From Felis catus (Eukaryota), in NCBI RefSeq assembly GCF_018350175.1, contig NC_058381.1, positions 58,280,001 through 58,344,000 on the forward strand: a stretch of 64,000 bases of DNA, given 5' to 3'. Both the position numbers and the translations under genes were made by a program. Shown one piece after another: positions 50,016 to 61,332 of the stretch (position 1 is its first letter; each line of letters starts with the position of its first letter). A model generated the notes under the pieces. The model was not told the DNA's origin and ran no database searches. It worked only from the letters and a program-made list of their open reading frames with translations.

Positions 50016-51994
50016 TTCACACTGGCCTGGAATAACCCGCCCAGCTGACTCTGCTGCCCCACGAGTGTTGGAACCACCAGGAGCAGAGGAAGATGGGGGG
50101 CAGGTGGTTCCTCGTGGTTTGTTCTTCTGCTTCGGAGCGGGAGGGGGTTCCTGTAGTGGGATTGGAAATCATTCGCCAAGAGTGAGTGGCACAGAGGCGG
50201 GAAGGGAGCAACGGCGTTTGGGAAAACCACTGAGGGGCTGGCAGAGCCTCATAAAGACGGGCAGCCAGCTGGTCCAGACGCGCAGAGGCACGCGTGTGGC
50301 CAAAGGGAGGGGCCGGGGGAGAACCACGCTGCTGGGCACCTACCAAGAATCAGGTGTCTTCACAGCCCCCCGAGGGGCTCCTTCTCCCCTGCTGTGTCCT
50401 GTCTGCACGGAGGCCATCCACGCTCCCGATACTCAGGGCAGGGATTGGCACTCAGGCCCCTCTCTGGACCAGAGGGCACGCTCACTGCTATGGTGACCCC
50501 AGCGGGTCCCCCGCGTGGGTCAGTGGGGTAAGGGGGTGGGGGTCGGGGCAGTGGCCAAACGCCTGGACTTTTCTGAACCCCAACATTCGGAGCCCACAGC
50601 TCACCTACACCTCACCCCTGTGACCCTCCCGAGGTTCCTGTTCCCAGAATGTGCGCATTCCTCGGGCGTGACTGCATCACTGCAGGGAATCTGTCACCCA
50701 CTGGCCTCCCTGGAACACTGGTTCTGCCACTCAACTGCCCACCCAGGCCAGGAGCTGTCCTACCCCCACCCGGAACCTTCTGCTCCTGGATGCCAGCTCC
50801 CCACCTCTCCACTGCCGCCTCCAATGCCGTCCTGGGGCAACTGTTGGCCGGCGAGTGGACGGGTCGTCCTCACCTGTCTTCCCTCCACCCCCACCAGACT
50901 CCAGAGTCCACGGCGCCAACCAGACCTTGCAAACTCTCGTCTCAAGTAGAGCAGGAGCTCACGGGAACTCCCCACACGCAGACGCCCGCACGACGTGGCT
51001 CATGCCGACATCATCCACCAAAACATACCCCACGCTTTGTGGACAGACATCCTCGTGGTTCGCACCCAGAGCCGCCTGTCCCTGCCCTAGAGACCACGGG
51101 CCACCTGGGAGATTTAGCTCTCTGTTCACCTTTACACGTACGGCCGGCACCCCTACAGTTTGGAAAAGTGACAGTGATGAGGAGGTGGTCCTGCCCCTAT
51201 GCCCGCCGGGCCCCGGAGCTGAAGCGGAGCCCCAGCCTACCGCCGCCCAGCCCGATTCATGAACTACGGACACGAGCTGGGCTTTGCCAGCCGGGATTCT
51301 GGGCTGCCACCAGCCGCCCCAAACTCTCCCACCCCACCGGGCACCCCGTTGGGTGTGCGTCCAGCTGTGGTCTCACTTCATCTGCTCTTAGTGACGTGGC
51401 AAAGGCCCCGGGTATGACGGGCATGTTTGGGTGGGAACTCGGAGGAGACACTGAGGGGGAGGAAGAGGGAAGCAGCCGCGGGGCTCGGGAACAGGCCTGC
51501 CCGGTGGTGTTCGCGGAGTACCTGGAACCGAACCCACCTGCCGGAAGCCTGCCTCCAGCCCAGGGCCGCCTTCACTTCCGTCTCCCACTCACAGGTGGGG
51601 CTCTGGCCAAATGTAACCTCCCGATCAGGGTCACGGTCACCTGTGCGGGGACCTGCCGCCCCCGGTGGCCTCCCCCAGCTTCCAGACCCGGCTCCTCCCG
51701 CTCAGCAGATGAGCCCAAATTAAGCTCCTGTGTGGACCCCGGCATCCGGTCTTCCTCACCACGCCCCCCGGCGTGTGGCCAGAGCAGCTGGGCCCGTCTG
51801 CCCGCGTCAGGAGGGGCTCAAGGGGCGCGACCCGCGCGGCCGCACCTGCTCTCCGCCGGGCACCAGCCAAGCCGGGAGGATCCCAAACAGGAGGCCTGTG
51901 CTGCTCTTGCTGACTGAAGAAAACTCACAGTTCGATCAAACCTATCATTTCTCTCTCCTCTTTCCCTGCAGAGACCCAGACGTTATTCAGTTAC

Positions 51995-52026
<32 letters not shown>

Positions 52027-52155
52027 AACAGCAGCAAACCTCAGTGGAATGCTACGGTTTCCAAGTTTCCTCAACGCAGTCCTCCCTGCAAATCACCCAC
52101 AAGGCTTGGCGGGCCACTTCAAAGGGCTCCTCTGTCTTAAATTCCAATAAACGTA

Positions 52156-52161
52156 TTTATT
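52156..52161 (-). terminator. Candidate distal polyadenylation signal AATAAA of USP36
   Basis: Plus-strand tttatt in an AT-rich patch. Confidence 0.45.
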
Positions 52162-52359
52162 AAGACACTCGAATAAACCCCTTGGTTCCTCTTCTTCCTT
52201 AACGAAGATCTGCTCTACGCTTTCCCACGTACCGGCGGGTTACAGCACCACACCACGGGGAAGCCTTCACCTGTGCCGGGGGCTGGAATGCAACTCTGAC
52301 AAAACCAAAGGGAGAAAAACAGAAAAACGAGGACACGGGCAGGGCTCACAAAAACTCGT

Positions 52360-52365
52360 TTTATT
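52360..52365 (-). terminator. Polyadenylation signal AATAAA with a strong downstream U/GU-rich element
   Basis: Plus-strand tttatt; the minus strand continues ...tttttgtgagccc...tcgtttttctgtttttctccctttggttttg. Confidence 0.7.
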
Positions 52366-53558
52366 GCACCCGGATCTTGGCAACGTCTGGGGCGCCTCAG
52401 CCCCGGGAGCGGAGGCGTGGCGCACGGGACGCAGTGGGCTGAGCCCACCGGGAAAAGGCAGGTGAGTGAGGCCGCACGGGACCAATGGGAGAGGGGGACC
52501 CTTCCCCCCAAACACAAAGTTAAATTAAACCCGTGTTCTAAGTCAACCAAGTGACTGCTATCATATAAAAGCTTTCGTTACTTATATATATTTATATATT
52601 TACACATCTCCTAGGGTTTGGACTGACTTTCCGGGCTCACCCTTTCCCCTTCCCAGTGTGGCTGACGACCTTCTGCGGGAGGAAAGGGCTTGCCCCTACG
52701 GAACAGTGATGAATGCTGTAGACAGGCCAGTGCTCAGCACCGCCCAAGACACAACGGGCATGTTTTCCTAGAAAAAGGTTTCATAATTACACAGTGGATG
52801 AGGGAAGAGCCTGGTCTGAAGAGGGAGCAAGAAAAGAGACAAATTCTGTGTTGCAGACAATGAACTTCCCTTTTCAACTATAGAACGTTCCAGAAAAATA
52901 GGGCCATATAAGAATGAAGGTCAACACTGCATGGGGGGGGGGGGGGGGGGGAAGCCCTGCCCATAAAGGCCCTTGTCTTCCTCCCACAAACGGGCAGATG
53001 ACAAGGCCATAGAACACTGGGGACTGGGGAGGGGTGGGGTGGGGAGCAACCCTCATCTACGAACAAGGTTCCGTCCTCTGAAAAACCAAAAGGCCCCCGC
53101 ACAGGTGACACAGCACCCAAGCTTCCTGCTGGGACCAGAAGCAGCCCCAGAGCGGGCCAGGGTAGTAGTACTCTCCCACCTTTTCCAAAGAGAAATAGAA
53201 GGACAGAAAGGAAAACCAAACACAACTACCTCCGTGAAAAAATTAACGTACCTCCCTCTGTGAAACACGTAACGCTTTTTCTGATCCCCACCCCCCCCCC
53301 CCGGCCCCAGAGCAAGCGGCAAGGCTCGGGAAGAGTGTGGCACAGGGGTGCCGGACAAGGGCATCGGCGGGCCTCAGGCCGCGAAGGACGGACAGGTCCA
53401 CACCAGACGTCAGTCCACCTCCACGCGGACGTTCCCAAGAGGAAAGGACGTGCAGACGTATTCCGTGGAGTCGCTCTAAGATTGACCTCTACGCCCTCTA
53501 CTACTGGGTCACGTGTCTGTTCTCCGGAAAACGCCACCTCGACTGAGGGTTTCCCACA

Positions 53559-53564
53559 TTTATT
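53559..53564 (-). terminator. Candidate proximal polyadenylation signal AATAAA of USP36
   Basis: Plus-strand tttatt in an AT-rich patch of the UTR. Confidence 0.5.
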
Positions 53565-54422
53565 AAATTACAAGTCGCAGGCACGGCTTGAGCAAGATAA
53601 AAAAGCGATCTCGAATCATACAATCATCTCAATTCAAAAGCACTCACAAAATTGAGCAAATAAAGCTGGTATCGCGTACTGGGGGAAGGGAACATGTTGC
53701 TGACGGAAGCCACAGACCTGGCAAAACGGAAGTCTTCTATTAAGTAGCAAAAGAAAAGGGTTCTACCCCAAGACCACCACCTCGATAAAGACCCGCGGGT
53801 CGCTGCAGCTGCAGGGGAAGGAATGGCAAAGCCACCTCGGAATAAACGGCCGGAAAGGCAGGCGTGTCGGCACATCGTCTCGAGGCCCCTGCTCCCCGGA
53901 GCCGGCCTAGAGTCTCTCGCGGGGGACGATACACCAGAAGGGCCGCCCCCGATTCCAGAAAAGGGAGGAGTGCGGTGGGCGGCGGCCCCGGGCTTACCCT
54001 CTGAGGGGACACTTAAGGCATAGACAGAGCCCCCCCCCCCCCCCCCCCGCAGAGACGGGGAGGCCGGGACCAGACGGCGGTGCCGGCAGCAAGGGACGGA
54101 CGTCTCGTCCTCTTGCCCGAGGATGCGCCGGGAGGGGTGCGGCCGCCGTCCTCCCCCGCGCCCCCCGCGGACCACACGCACCGCCGGCCCGGCGTGCTGC
54201 CACCCGCTCTGCGCGTCACCGTGCGGCTCACGCCGTGACACCAGAGGTCCCGATCCAAAGAAGCCCAGGGCCTCCGTGGGCCGTCCTCCTGCGGCGGGCT
54301 CGCGGTGCCGGCCTGGCGGCCACGGGGCACAAAGTCCTCAGCGGGGCTGCTCTCAGCTCAGACGGACAGGACCCAGGATGGACACCTCGTCTCCGGAGGC
54401 TGTGGGGCAAAGGACATTGCTC

Positions 54423-54642
54423 CTGACGAGAAAGGAGAGCCTGGGACTCCCGCCAACGTTCCGGAGGGCGTGTCCACACCGGTCAGCACGTGACATCAGA
54501 CGGAGCCAGCTCTGTCCCGCGCACACGCACCACACCCCCCACCCTTACACCTCATCACACAACCCCCACCTTTAACACACACCTCACCACACACACGCAT
54601 ATGCACCAGACACAGCCCAGAACCCCACACTGACATCCGCTA

Positions 54643-54689
<47 letters not shown>

Positions 54690-54693
54690 TGAC
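54423..54693 (-). other. USP36: Probable intron in the USP36 3'UTR (271 nt), starting 20 nt after the stop codon
   Basis: Donor TGG|gtcagt at 54693. Best acceptor is ctctcctttctcgtcag|GAG at 54423; this choice is inferred. Confidence 0.65.
54645..54685. repeat. (CA)~20 microsatellite, read as (UG)n in the USP36 pre-mRNA
   Basis: Read directly. Confidence 0.97.
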
Positions 54694-54713
54694 CCATCTC
54701 GACAGCAGCAAAC

Positions 54714-54845
54714 TCAGCGGCGGTAACTGAGGCTGGTAGCCTTAGCTGGGTGAGTCACAGACCAAAAGTTCCGTCTACTCTGAAGTTTCTGGAAGGCGTT
54801 GAAGGTTCTTTTCTTCTCTTTCTTGAACTTTTTCACTTTCTTTTC
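54714..54845 (-). CDS. USP36: USP36 last coding segment (EKKVKKFKKEKKRTFNAFQKLQSRRNFWSVTHPAKATSLSYRR*), including most of the basic nucleolar-localisation signal
   Basis: Acceptor tttcttgacgcag|GAA; TGA at 54714-54716; C-terminus near-identical to the recalled human ...NFWSVTHPAKAASLSYRR. Confidence 0.97.
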   Translation of the reverse strand, partial: EKKVKKFKKEKKRTFNAFQKLQSRRNFWSVTHPAKATSLSYRR

Positions 54846-55251
54846 CTGCGTCAAGAAACCGCAGGCATCACAATTCCCAAAAAGGGCTCGTCCCCATTCC
54901 CGCAGCCCCTCGTGAAGGCTTACTGCGGGGGGGGGGGGCACACAGATCTCAACATGCCACCAAATCGACAGGCTTTCTCTTCGTGCAGCCCGCGGGAGGC
55001 GTCCCCACTGTCCCCACCTTGCTGGGGAAGGAACAAAGCAGCGGGGGACAGACGCCTCGTCCGTGGCCACGCCACGTTCAGAGCGGCCAGGCCGGCATCG
55101 AGCCCAGCAGCCCACCTCCCGCCGTCCCGGACGACTTCACGAGGCCACTGCCACTTCCAACCGCCCCAAAGGGCCTAGTCCTCCCTGAGCCAGGCCTCAG
55201 CGGGGCCACCACGAGCACCCCGCCACGCCGGCCACGAGCACACCCCCGTAC

Positions 55252-55367
55252 CTTCCCTCGATCGAACTCTTCGTCCCAGTCGTCGATCACCGTGGCCGCG
55301 CGGGCCCATCTGCTGTCCTGAATGGCGTCCTGACTGACGGCCGACACCTCACCGTCCCACGTCAACA
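55252..55367 (-). CDS. USP36: USP36 coding exon (VLTWDGEVSAVSQDAIQDSRWARAATVIDDWDEEFDRGK), 116 nt, phase 1-0
   Basis: Acceptor tctgttttgcag|TG and donor AAG|gtacgg; conserved DDWDEEFDRGK. Confidence 0.97.
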
Positions 55368-55826
55368 CTGCAAAACAGACACCTCTGTGCACCGGCTTCC
55401 AGAACGCGGTGTAGACAGGGACGGGCCTATTCCTGATACACTCAAACATTCGAGTGCCACCCTCTGGTGAAACGGACATGCAGAGGACGGGGGAGGGCAG
55501 AGGGGCCCGCAGCGAGCAGGACAGTCAGCGGTTCCGTGACTTCCATGCAGACGTCCTTGGCTCTGCATCATCAGCCCGCAGTTAGTCCCTTTCAGACCCG
55601 CGCCCTCGTTTACCAGAGGTCTCAGGCGCAGGATGTTTCCCTCCAACCCGTGCCCGCCCGGCCCGCGCCGCCCAGGGGCACAGGGTCTGCTCTCCCCGCC
55701 CCCAGGGACCGGTTCTGAACGGACACTCCTCGGCTCATCTCTGGAGTCCAGCAATTCCCGCACCCCAGGATTGCGACCCCAGGGCCCATCTGAGTCCTCT
55801 GCGCTGCCCAGGCTCAAAACCGGTAC

Positions 55827-55928
55827 CTTTCCTCCCGTAGGCTTTATCTGAGGAATACTCAAGCAGCTCCTGGAGCACGTCGGCCTCCCCGTCTCGGACC
55901 CAGGACACGCGAGGAGCCCGTGCCTGCC
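55827..55928 (-). CDS. USP36: USP36 coding exon (GQARAPRVSWVRDGEADVLQELLEYSSDKAYGRK), 102 nt, phase 1-1
   Basis: Acceptor tctgattgtag|GG and donor AAG|gtaccg; conserved QELLxYSSDKAYGRK. Confidence 0.96.
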
Positions 55929-57511
55929 CTACAATCAGACAAACACCATGTCTGCCTCTCACGAAGAACCCGACTGCTTCTCCACAGACGGGCCACCGAC
56001 CACCCCGACTCTCGGAAAAGACCAAAACCCCAGCGCCCCACCGTGGGAACCGGCGCCTCCTCCAGGGAAGGGGCCAGAAATGAGGGGCTGGAACCGGAGG
56101 GAACCACAAAGCACCAGCATCACCTCAGCTTCCAGGGAGGCGGTCTCTCAGCCCCGTCCCGGCACGGCCAGGCCACCACGGACACCTGGGTACTGACGGC
56201 TCTGACCACCCTCCTCAGGCTTCTAGAAACGACGTCTGCCTGGTCCCAACCTCTGCCCGAGCTCCTCTGCCTACAGCTGCCAGAACGGATTCCCTTCCCT
56301 CAGCACAAAGCGGACCTTGCTCTCCTGGCCTCCACTTTGTCAGCGACCCCATGAACTGTGGGCTCGTGTCCCGAGCGCGGTGCCCCTCGGCCAGTGCCTG
56401 CTGCCCTCTCCAGCCTCCTGCCCTGCTCCACAGCACGGCCCGGGCCAGTGGTCCCGCTGAGCTACCTCAACGCTCTCCCCGTCTCCCGGCCGTGAAGGCC
56501 CTTGCCCACGAAGCCCAGCCTTGTGATATTCGGGATGGGAAGCAAACAGACGAGGGGCCGCGGGGGCACCTGCGCCGGGCGGTGGGCCCCGTGGCCCGAG
56601 CACCGTCTCCACGTGCTCAACGTGCTGACAGAGCAAGCCGGGGTCTGACGACGGCGGCCAGGCTGCTCCGTGGCCACCTCCGTGCGGACGTTTTCTCGAC
56701 ACGCTGGCCGCCTTATTCGTCACGGCCTCGTGGTAGCGCTTCCCACGGTAATCAACGCCCAGATTCGCTTCTCAGGGGCTGGACAAATACACAGCGCTCC
56801 CCAGCAGCCCGCTCGCCCCCAAAAGCACGAACGTAACCGGTTCCCCAGGCAGCAGAGCAGATCTCACGGAGTCTGCCGCCTGCCGGGTCCCTTCCCGAGC
56901 AGGGGTGACCTTCTCTACCCTTCGCTTAGCGGACACGCTGTGTCAGGAGCACCCAGCTGAGGCTGGCCAGCTCTGAGGGAACAAGGAAACAAAAGCCAGA
57001 GGAGGTGCTGAGCCACGGGCGTTTAAGGCCTGGGGACAGCCGAAACACTGGGCACCCGGGCAGCAAGAGGCCACGTGATCTTCAGAAAAGGCCAAATATA
57101 AACCCAGGCCGACACTCCAAGTTCAAGAGTCACGGAGGAACTCTAGGCTGGATGGCCCAGGACTCATCCTGACGGGAAAGTTCAGGCAGGAAGAGCCCTG
57201 AATCGGGAAAAACACAGTATTCCCAGAACGTGGAGAAGCGCACGCGTATACCTCTCTGCTTCTCCAGAGTAGTTACAAGCCGAATGCTCGTTTGGATGGG
57301 GAGGCAGTGACCCCCAGGGCAGGCGGCTTGCCCACGGGGACAGAGCAGAGGGAAGAGGTCTTCATCCTGGCCCCTCCCCCTGCACCGCACCTGCCTCTGG
57401 GATACAGCAGGCCTGTGCCCAGCCCCCTTCCCCTGCGGTCCCCTTCCCGGATGTACAGCCACGCGGCCCCGGGCCCAGCCCCCCGGCTCCCCCTCCTCGG
57501 CGGGTGCACAC

Positions 57512-57720
57512 CTGCTCGGTCCCCGGGCCGCCTGCCGTTCACGGCCGGTGAGGGCTGGCTCCCAGGGACGGCAGGGCCCCTCTGCGTCTCGCCCCTGCAG
57601 GCTTCGGGGAGCCCGTTCTCTTGTACTTCCTGCCGTGACTCCTGCTGCCTTCTTTTCTTTTTCTTTTTCCTTGGAGATGCTGCACTGGCCTCTGACTCGG
57701 TGACATCCAAGAGAGAACAG
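57512..57720 (-). CDS. USP36: USP36 coding exon (SCSLLDVTESEASAASPRKKKKKRRQQE...PGDRA), 209 nt, phase 2-1; tandem CAGCAG acceptor allows an alternative start at 57723
   Basis: Acceptor ttcccagcag|C and donor CAG|gtgtgc; SPRKKKKK motif as in human USP36. Confidence 0.92.
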
Positions 57721-58169
57721 CTGCTGGGAAGTCAGTCAACAGTCAGCTCTGAGCAAACGGGGAGTGAGAGTGGGGGTTCACTCGCCCCGGAACTCCCAGA
57801 TGGCAGATACCTAACTGTGCGGAAGAGCCCCCCCTGAGAAACTGCCCCCCCCACCCCACCCCCCGACGTGAGCAGGACAGAGCGTGCTAGCTGTCCGAGG
57901 CCACGGTCGGGGAGAAAAGCCCATAACTGCAACTGACCCGGGCAAGTCGTACAGGCCGGATGACGCGGCCGCGGCGCCTGCCGCCTGGGGGCACGCACCA
58001 CGCCAGCCGGCTCTGGAACAATGCCGCCCGCTCACCGCCCCGGTGAGACACCTGAGGACGCGGCCACGTCCTAGAAGCCTGGTCGGCACGCTGTATGGCC
58101 AGATGACACCCACCTGGGTCAGACCGTGTCGCTGGCGGGGTGGGAGGCCGCCTGGCTCCCTGCGCTCAC

Positions 58170-58727
58170 CTGTGCCACGGTGGGTCCTGCGGGAGGCCGT
58201 CTTCGGCGCCGAGGCCCTCGGCTCCCTCCCGCCTCCTCTTCCTGCCGCTCACGTGGCACCCCGCTTGCTGGCCGTTCTCTTGCTGCCGTCCGCCCTCCTC
58301 CTCCAGGCGGTCCACGGGCACCTCCGCCCGGCCCTCCTTCCTGCGCTCGAGGCCCCGGTGCTGCCTCTGCACCTGCCCCTCCTGCAGGGGGGAGGCGTCC
58401 ACGGCCTCCGCGCGTTTCCCCTTCTTCTTTCTCCTCTTCCCGGGAGGGGCTGCGGCCAAGGCGCACGTCTCTGAGCCCCGCCCCTGCGTCTCTCCCCTCC
58501 GGTTCCTCTTCCTCTTCTTACAGAGGCTCCGGGGGGGCTTGCTGGCCTCCGGCAGCTGGTGTGGAGGGGCCCGGAAGCCCCCGTTGACCTGAGGCAGGGG
58601 AGCAGAGGCGGAGGAGCAGCTCTGTGGGTCTGACGTCCCGAGGGGTTGGGGGCTACTGGACAGTGACGAGCAGGGGCCGACGGGGAGCTTCGGACGGCTG
58701 GATGGTCTGGGAGCAGGTGAGAGCGCC
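58170..58727 (-). CDS. USP36: USP36 coding exon (ALSPAPRPSS...GRKRRREGAEGLGAEDGLPQDPPWH), 558 nt, phase 2-2
   Basis: Acceptor tgtcctcacag|G and donor CAG|gtgagc; lies inside ORF 58166..58771. Basic clusters resemble human USP36. Confidence 0.93.
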
Positions 58728-58983
58728 CTGTGAGGACACACTGCTCTGATGCACAGCCGGGCCCTTCCCACCCACCCTCGGCCCCCTTCCCTTTCAGGTG
58801 GTTTTCCCCGCTGTCAACCTTAGACGTACGTTGGTCATACATAGCGAGTGAGAAAAGAGACTCACGAGAAGACGCAAATACACCGAAAGTCAAAGTTAAT
58901 AAAAATCGTAACATCTCTCTTTGTCCCTATCACCAGACGGTTTGAAGTATTTTTGCAAATTCTTGATGTTAATTAAAAAAAAA

Positions 58984-59194
58984 ATTTTTTTTAACGTCTA
59001 CTTATTATTGGGAGAGAGAGAGACAGCGTGTGAGCGGGGGAGGGCCAGAGAGGAGGGAGACACAGCATCCGAAGCAGGCTCCAGGCCCCGAGCTGTCAGC
59101 ACAGAGCCCGACGCGGGGCTCAACCCCACGAACCGTTGAGATCGTGACCTGAGCCAAAGCTGGACGCTTAACCGACTGAGCCCCCCAGGCGCCC
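58984..59194 (-). mobile_element. CAN-SINE in a USP36 intron
   Basis: Head and T-rich tail. Confidence 0.9.
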
Positions 59195-60582
59195 CTCCTG
59201 TTGCTAATTTTCAACACGAGTGTGCTGGGAGAAGCAGCTTCGCTAAGCTCCCCACGAGCCTCGCGATGTTCATGCCCGGGACGCCAGCCTCGCAAGGAGG
59301 GCCGGTGCAGGCCTAGGGGTCGTGTACCGGGACTCTCCAATTTGGGGGGCTCTGGGAAATCAGGGGAACAGACTCTACAGCGGACCCCGCGGCTAGACGG
59401 GGACGGGGCAGGAACGGGGGCTCCCTCACGCCAGACTCTCTGGCCCACCTCCTGCCGGCGGCAGGGTCCCAAGACAGCTAACCTCCGTGGGCCTCACTGT
59501 TCTCATTCGGGACCGAGTGATGACAAAGCCTGCCGGGAAGGGTCACAGCAGCAAACAGGACGCTGTTCCCTAAACTGGAACAGACTGACACCTGGACAAA
59601 GGGAACTACCACGCCATTTACCGCGCTCCCTGGCAAACGTCATGAAAAAGCTGCGTGTCAGAGAAAGAGTAAGAAACACACAGCAAACACCTTAAGAGTC
59701 TAAGGACCTACCCGCTGCAAAAACACTGGGCTGGGTCCAGCCCGAGCACGAGGGCGGGCGAGGCTGGCTGGCGGGAACACGCGGCTGACCACACCATCCC
59801 CGGGGCGGCCGGGGGGTGGGGGGGACACATCAGCGCCCACGGCGAACACCAAACTACCAGCACCATGTCCCGGCCTCACCCAGCTGCCTCCTTCCCTCCC
59901 TCCCCAGGCGCCAAAGGCCCCACCGGCCACCGGGCGACCGGGCACATCGGCAACTCTGCTTCCTACCGCTCGACACCCTGAGGGACACCCGCACCCCGTG
60001 TGTAACAGGCCGGGAGACGCGTCGGCGCGGAGCCTGAACAGACCCCCCCCCCAGAGAGCCACGCCTCCCACTCTGGACGCCCGCCCGGAGCTCCGGAGGC
60101 CAGCGAGCCCAGACGGCCCGGGGAGCCCGCTCGGGGGGTCACCGGGGGGACGCACAAAACGACACCGGCGGCAAAAAGACACCCCTCGGCGGGCTCACAG
60201 AAATGAGTCCACGCAGGGTCCTTCTGGGACTCCCGCCTTCCTCTTCTCCTGTGCGGTCCCGTCACGAGGCTGGGGAGGGACCACAGGCACGTCACCGTCA
60301 CCACATGGACACGGCAGACGGACGGAAAACGAAGACCAGTAAAAAAAAAAAAAAAAATCAGTGTGGCAGGGAACAGGCCGCCTCTGACCAGCCAGGGCTC
60401 CTTTGCCAGATGGAAACCGAGGGAACAGGGAGAAGTCGGCGCGGGACACGCCCTGTACCTGTCCAGCTGCACAACACCGTCCATCCCGCAAGGCTGGAGA
60501 CCTGGTGAGTCTTCACCAGCCAAGCACACGCTAAGCACAGGGGAGGAGCAGCCGGCCTGCAGGGCCCGCGCCCACGGCTCAC

Positions 60583-60710
60583 CTGATGGCACCGACAGGC
60601 CAGGCGGAGGCGGCGACCGGGTGAGTGGTTTTCCTGGGGTAGGTGAGGTCGGACAATGGTGAGAGGGGTGGACGGAGGTCATTGCCGGCTGCCCTCCGCA
60701 GGGTGCTGGC
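60583..60710 (-). CDS. USP36: USP36 coding exon (ASTLRRAAGNDLRPPLSPLSDLTYPRKTTHPVAASAWPVGAIR), 128 nt, phase 0-2; this frame is missing from the ORF track
   Basis: Acceptor aactgcag|GCC and donor AG|gtgagc. Translated by hand; similar to human ASTLWRATGNDLRPPP...WPVHRAR. Phases join both neighbouring exons. Confidence 0.92.
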
Positions 60711-61332
60711 CTGCAGTTATTGACATAAATAAAAACTTGGTGGTCTAAAAGAGGTTGCCGTGAGTGAAGAGGGAAAACAAAAATGAAAATAAACATAAAC
60801 GAAAAGTAAAAATGGAAGAGCCCAGAAAGAAGGATGAGGGGACAGAAGGGGACAAAACAGAGGGAGGTGGGGGTGGGGAATGGTAGAAGAAGAATCAGAA
60901 GTGTTTTTGGTTAGAAACAAAAAGGAGAAAAGGAAGGAAATTGAAGCAAAAGTCTCAGCACAACAGTCGCATCCTCGAGCTTCGTGCTACACGCAGAGGT
61001 GCAGCCCGCCCGCGTCCTGTCCGCCCACCGCACCTGCCCCGTCCTCCCCGAGGCTTCCGCGGGAGATCCTGCCTACGGACGGATCCGGGGGACCGCCACC
61101 TCGCCCCGACCCCCAACAGCCACACGCAGTATTATCACACCAGCATCCCCCGGGCCCCCGCCCGCGCCCGGGACGGCCCCGTGCACCCTGCGAGTGCCCA
61201 CAACCACTCTGTTCCTCCGGTCGAGGGGGGGGCCAAAGGCCCCACCACAACCCCCACCCCCGAGACTAGCACCAAACCTGCTCTTTGAACTCTACAGACA
61301 CACTTCCTGCGGTGAGACCCTCACACACCCAC

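Larger units (their letters stand above)
52135..54422 (-). other. USP36: USP36 terminal 3'UTR exon (end approximate; alternative polyadenylation likely)
   Basis: SINE-free sequence downstream of the stop, with AT-rich blocks and minus-strand AATAAA at 53559, 52360 and 52156. Confidence 0.7.

Noticed and set aside
50649-51917. 422-aa plus-strand ORF between CYTH1 and USP36
   Set aside because: GC-rich and partly L2-like sequence, with no recognisable domain or exon structure; most likely chance. Ribosome profiling or codon-conservation scoring would settle it.
59963-60796. 277-aa minus-strand ORF overlapping a USP36 exon
   Set aside because: Wrong frame; the real 128-nt exon (60583-60710) is read in another frame.
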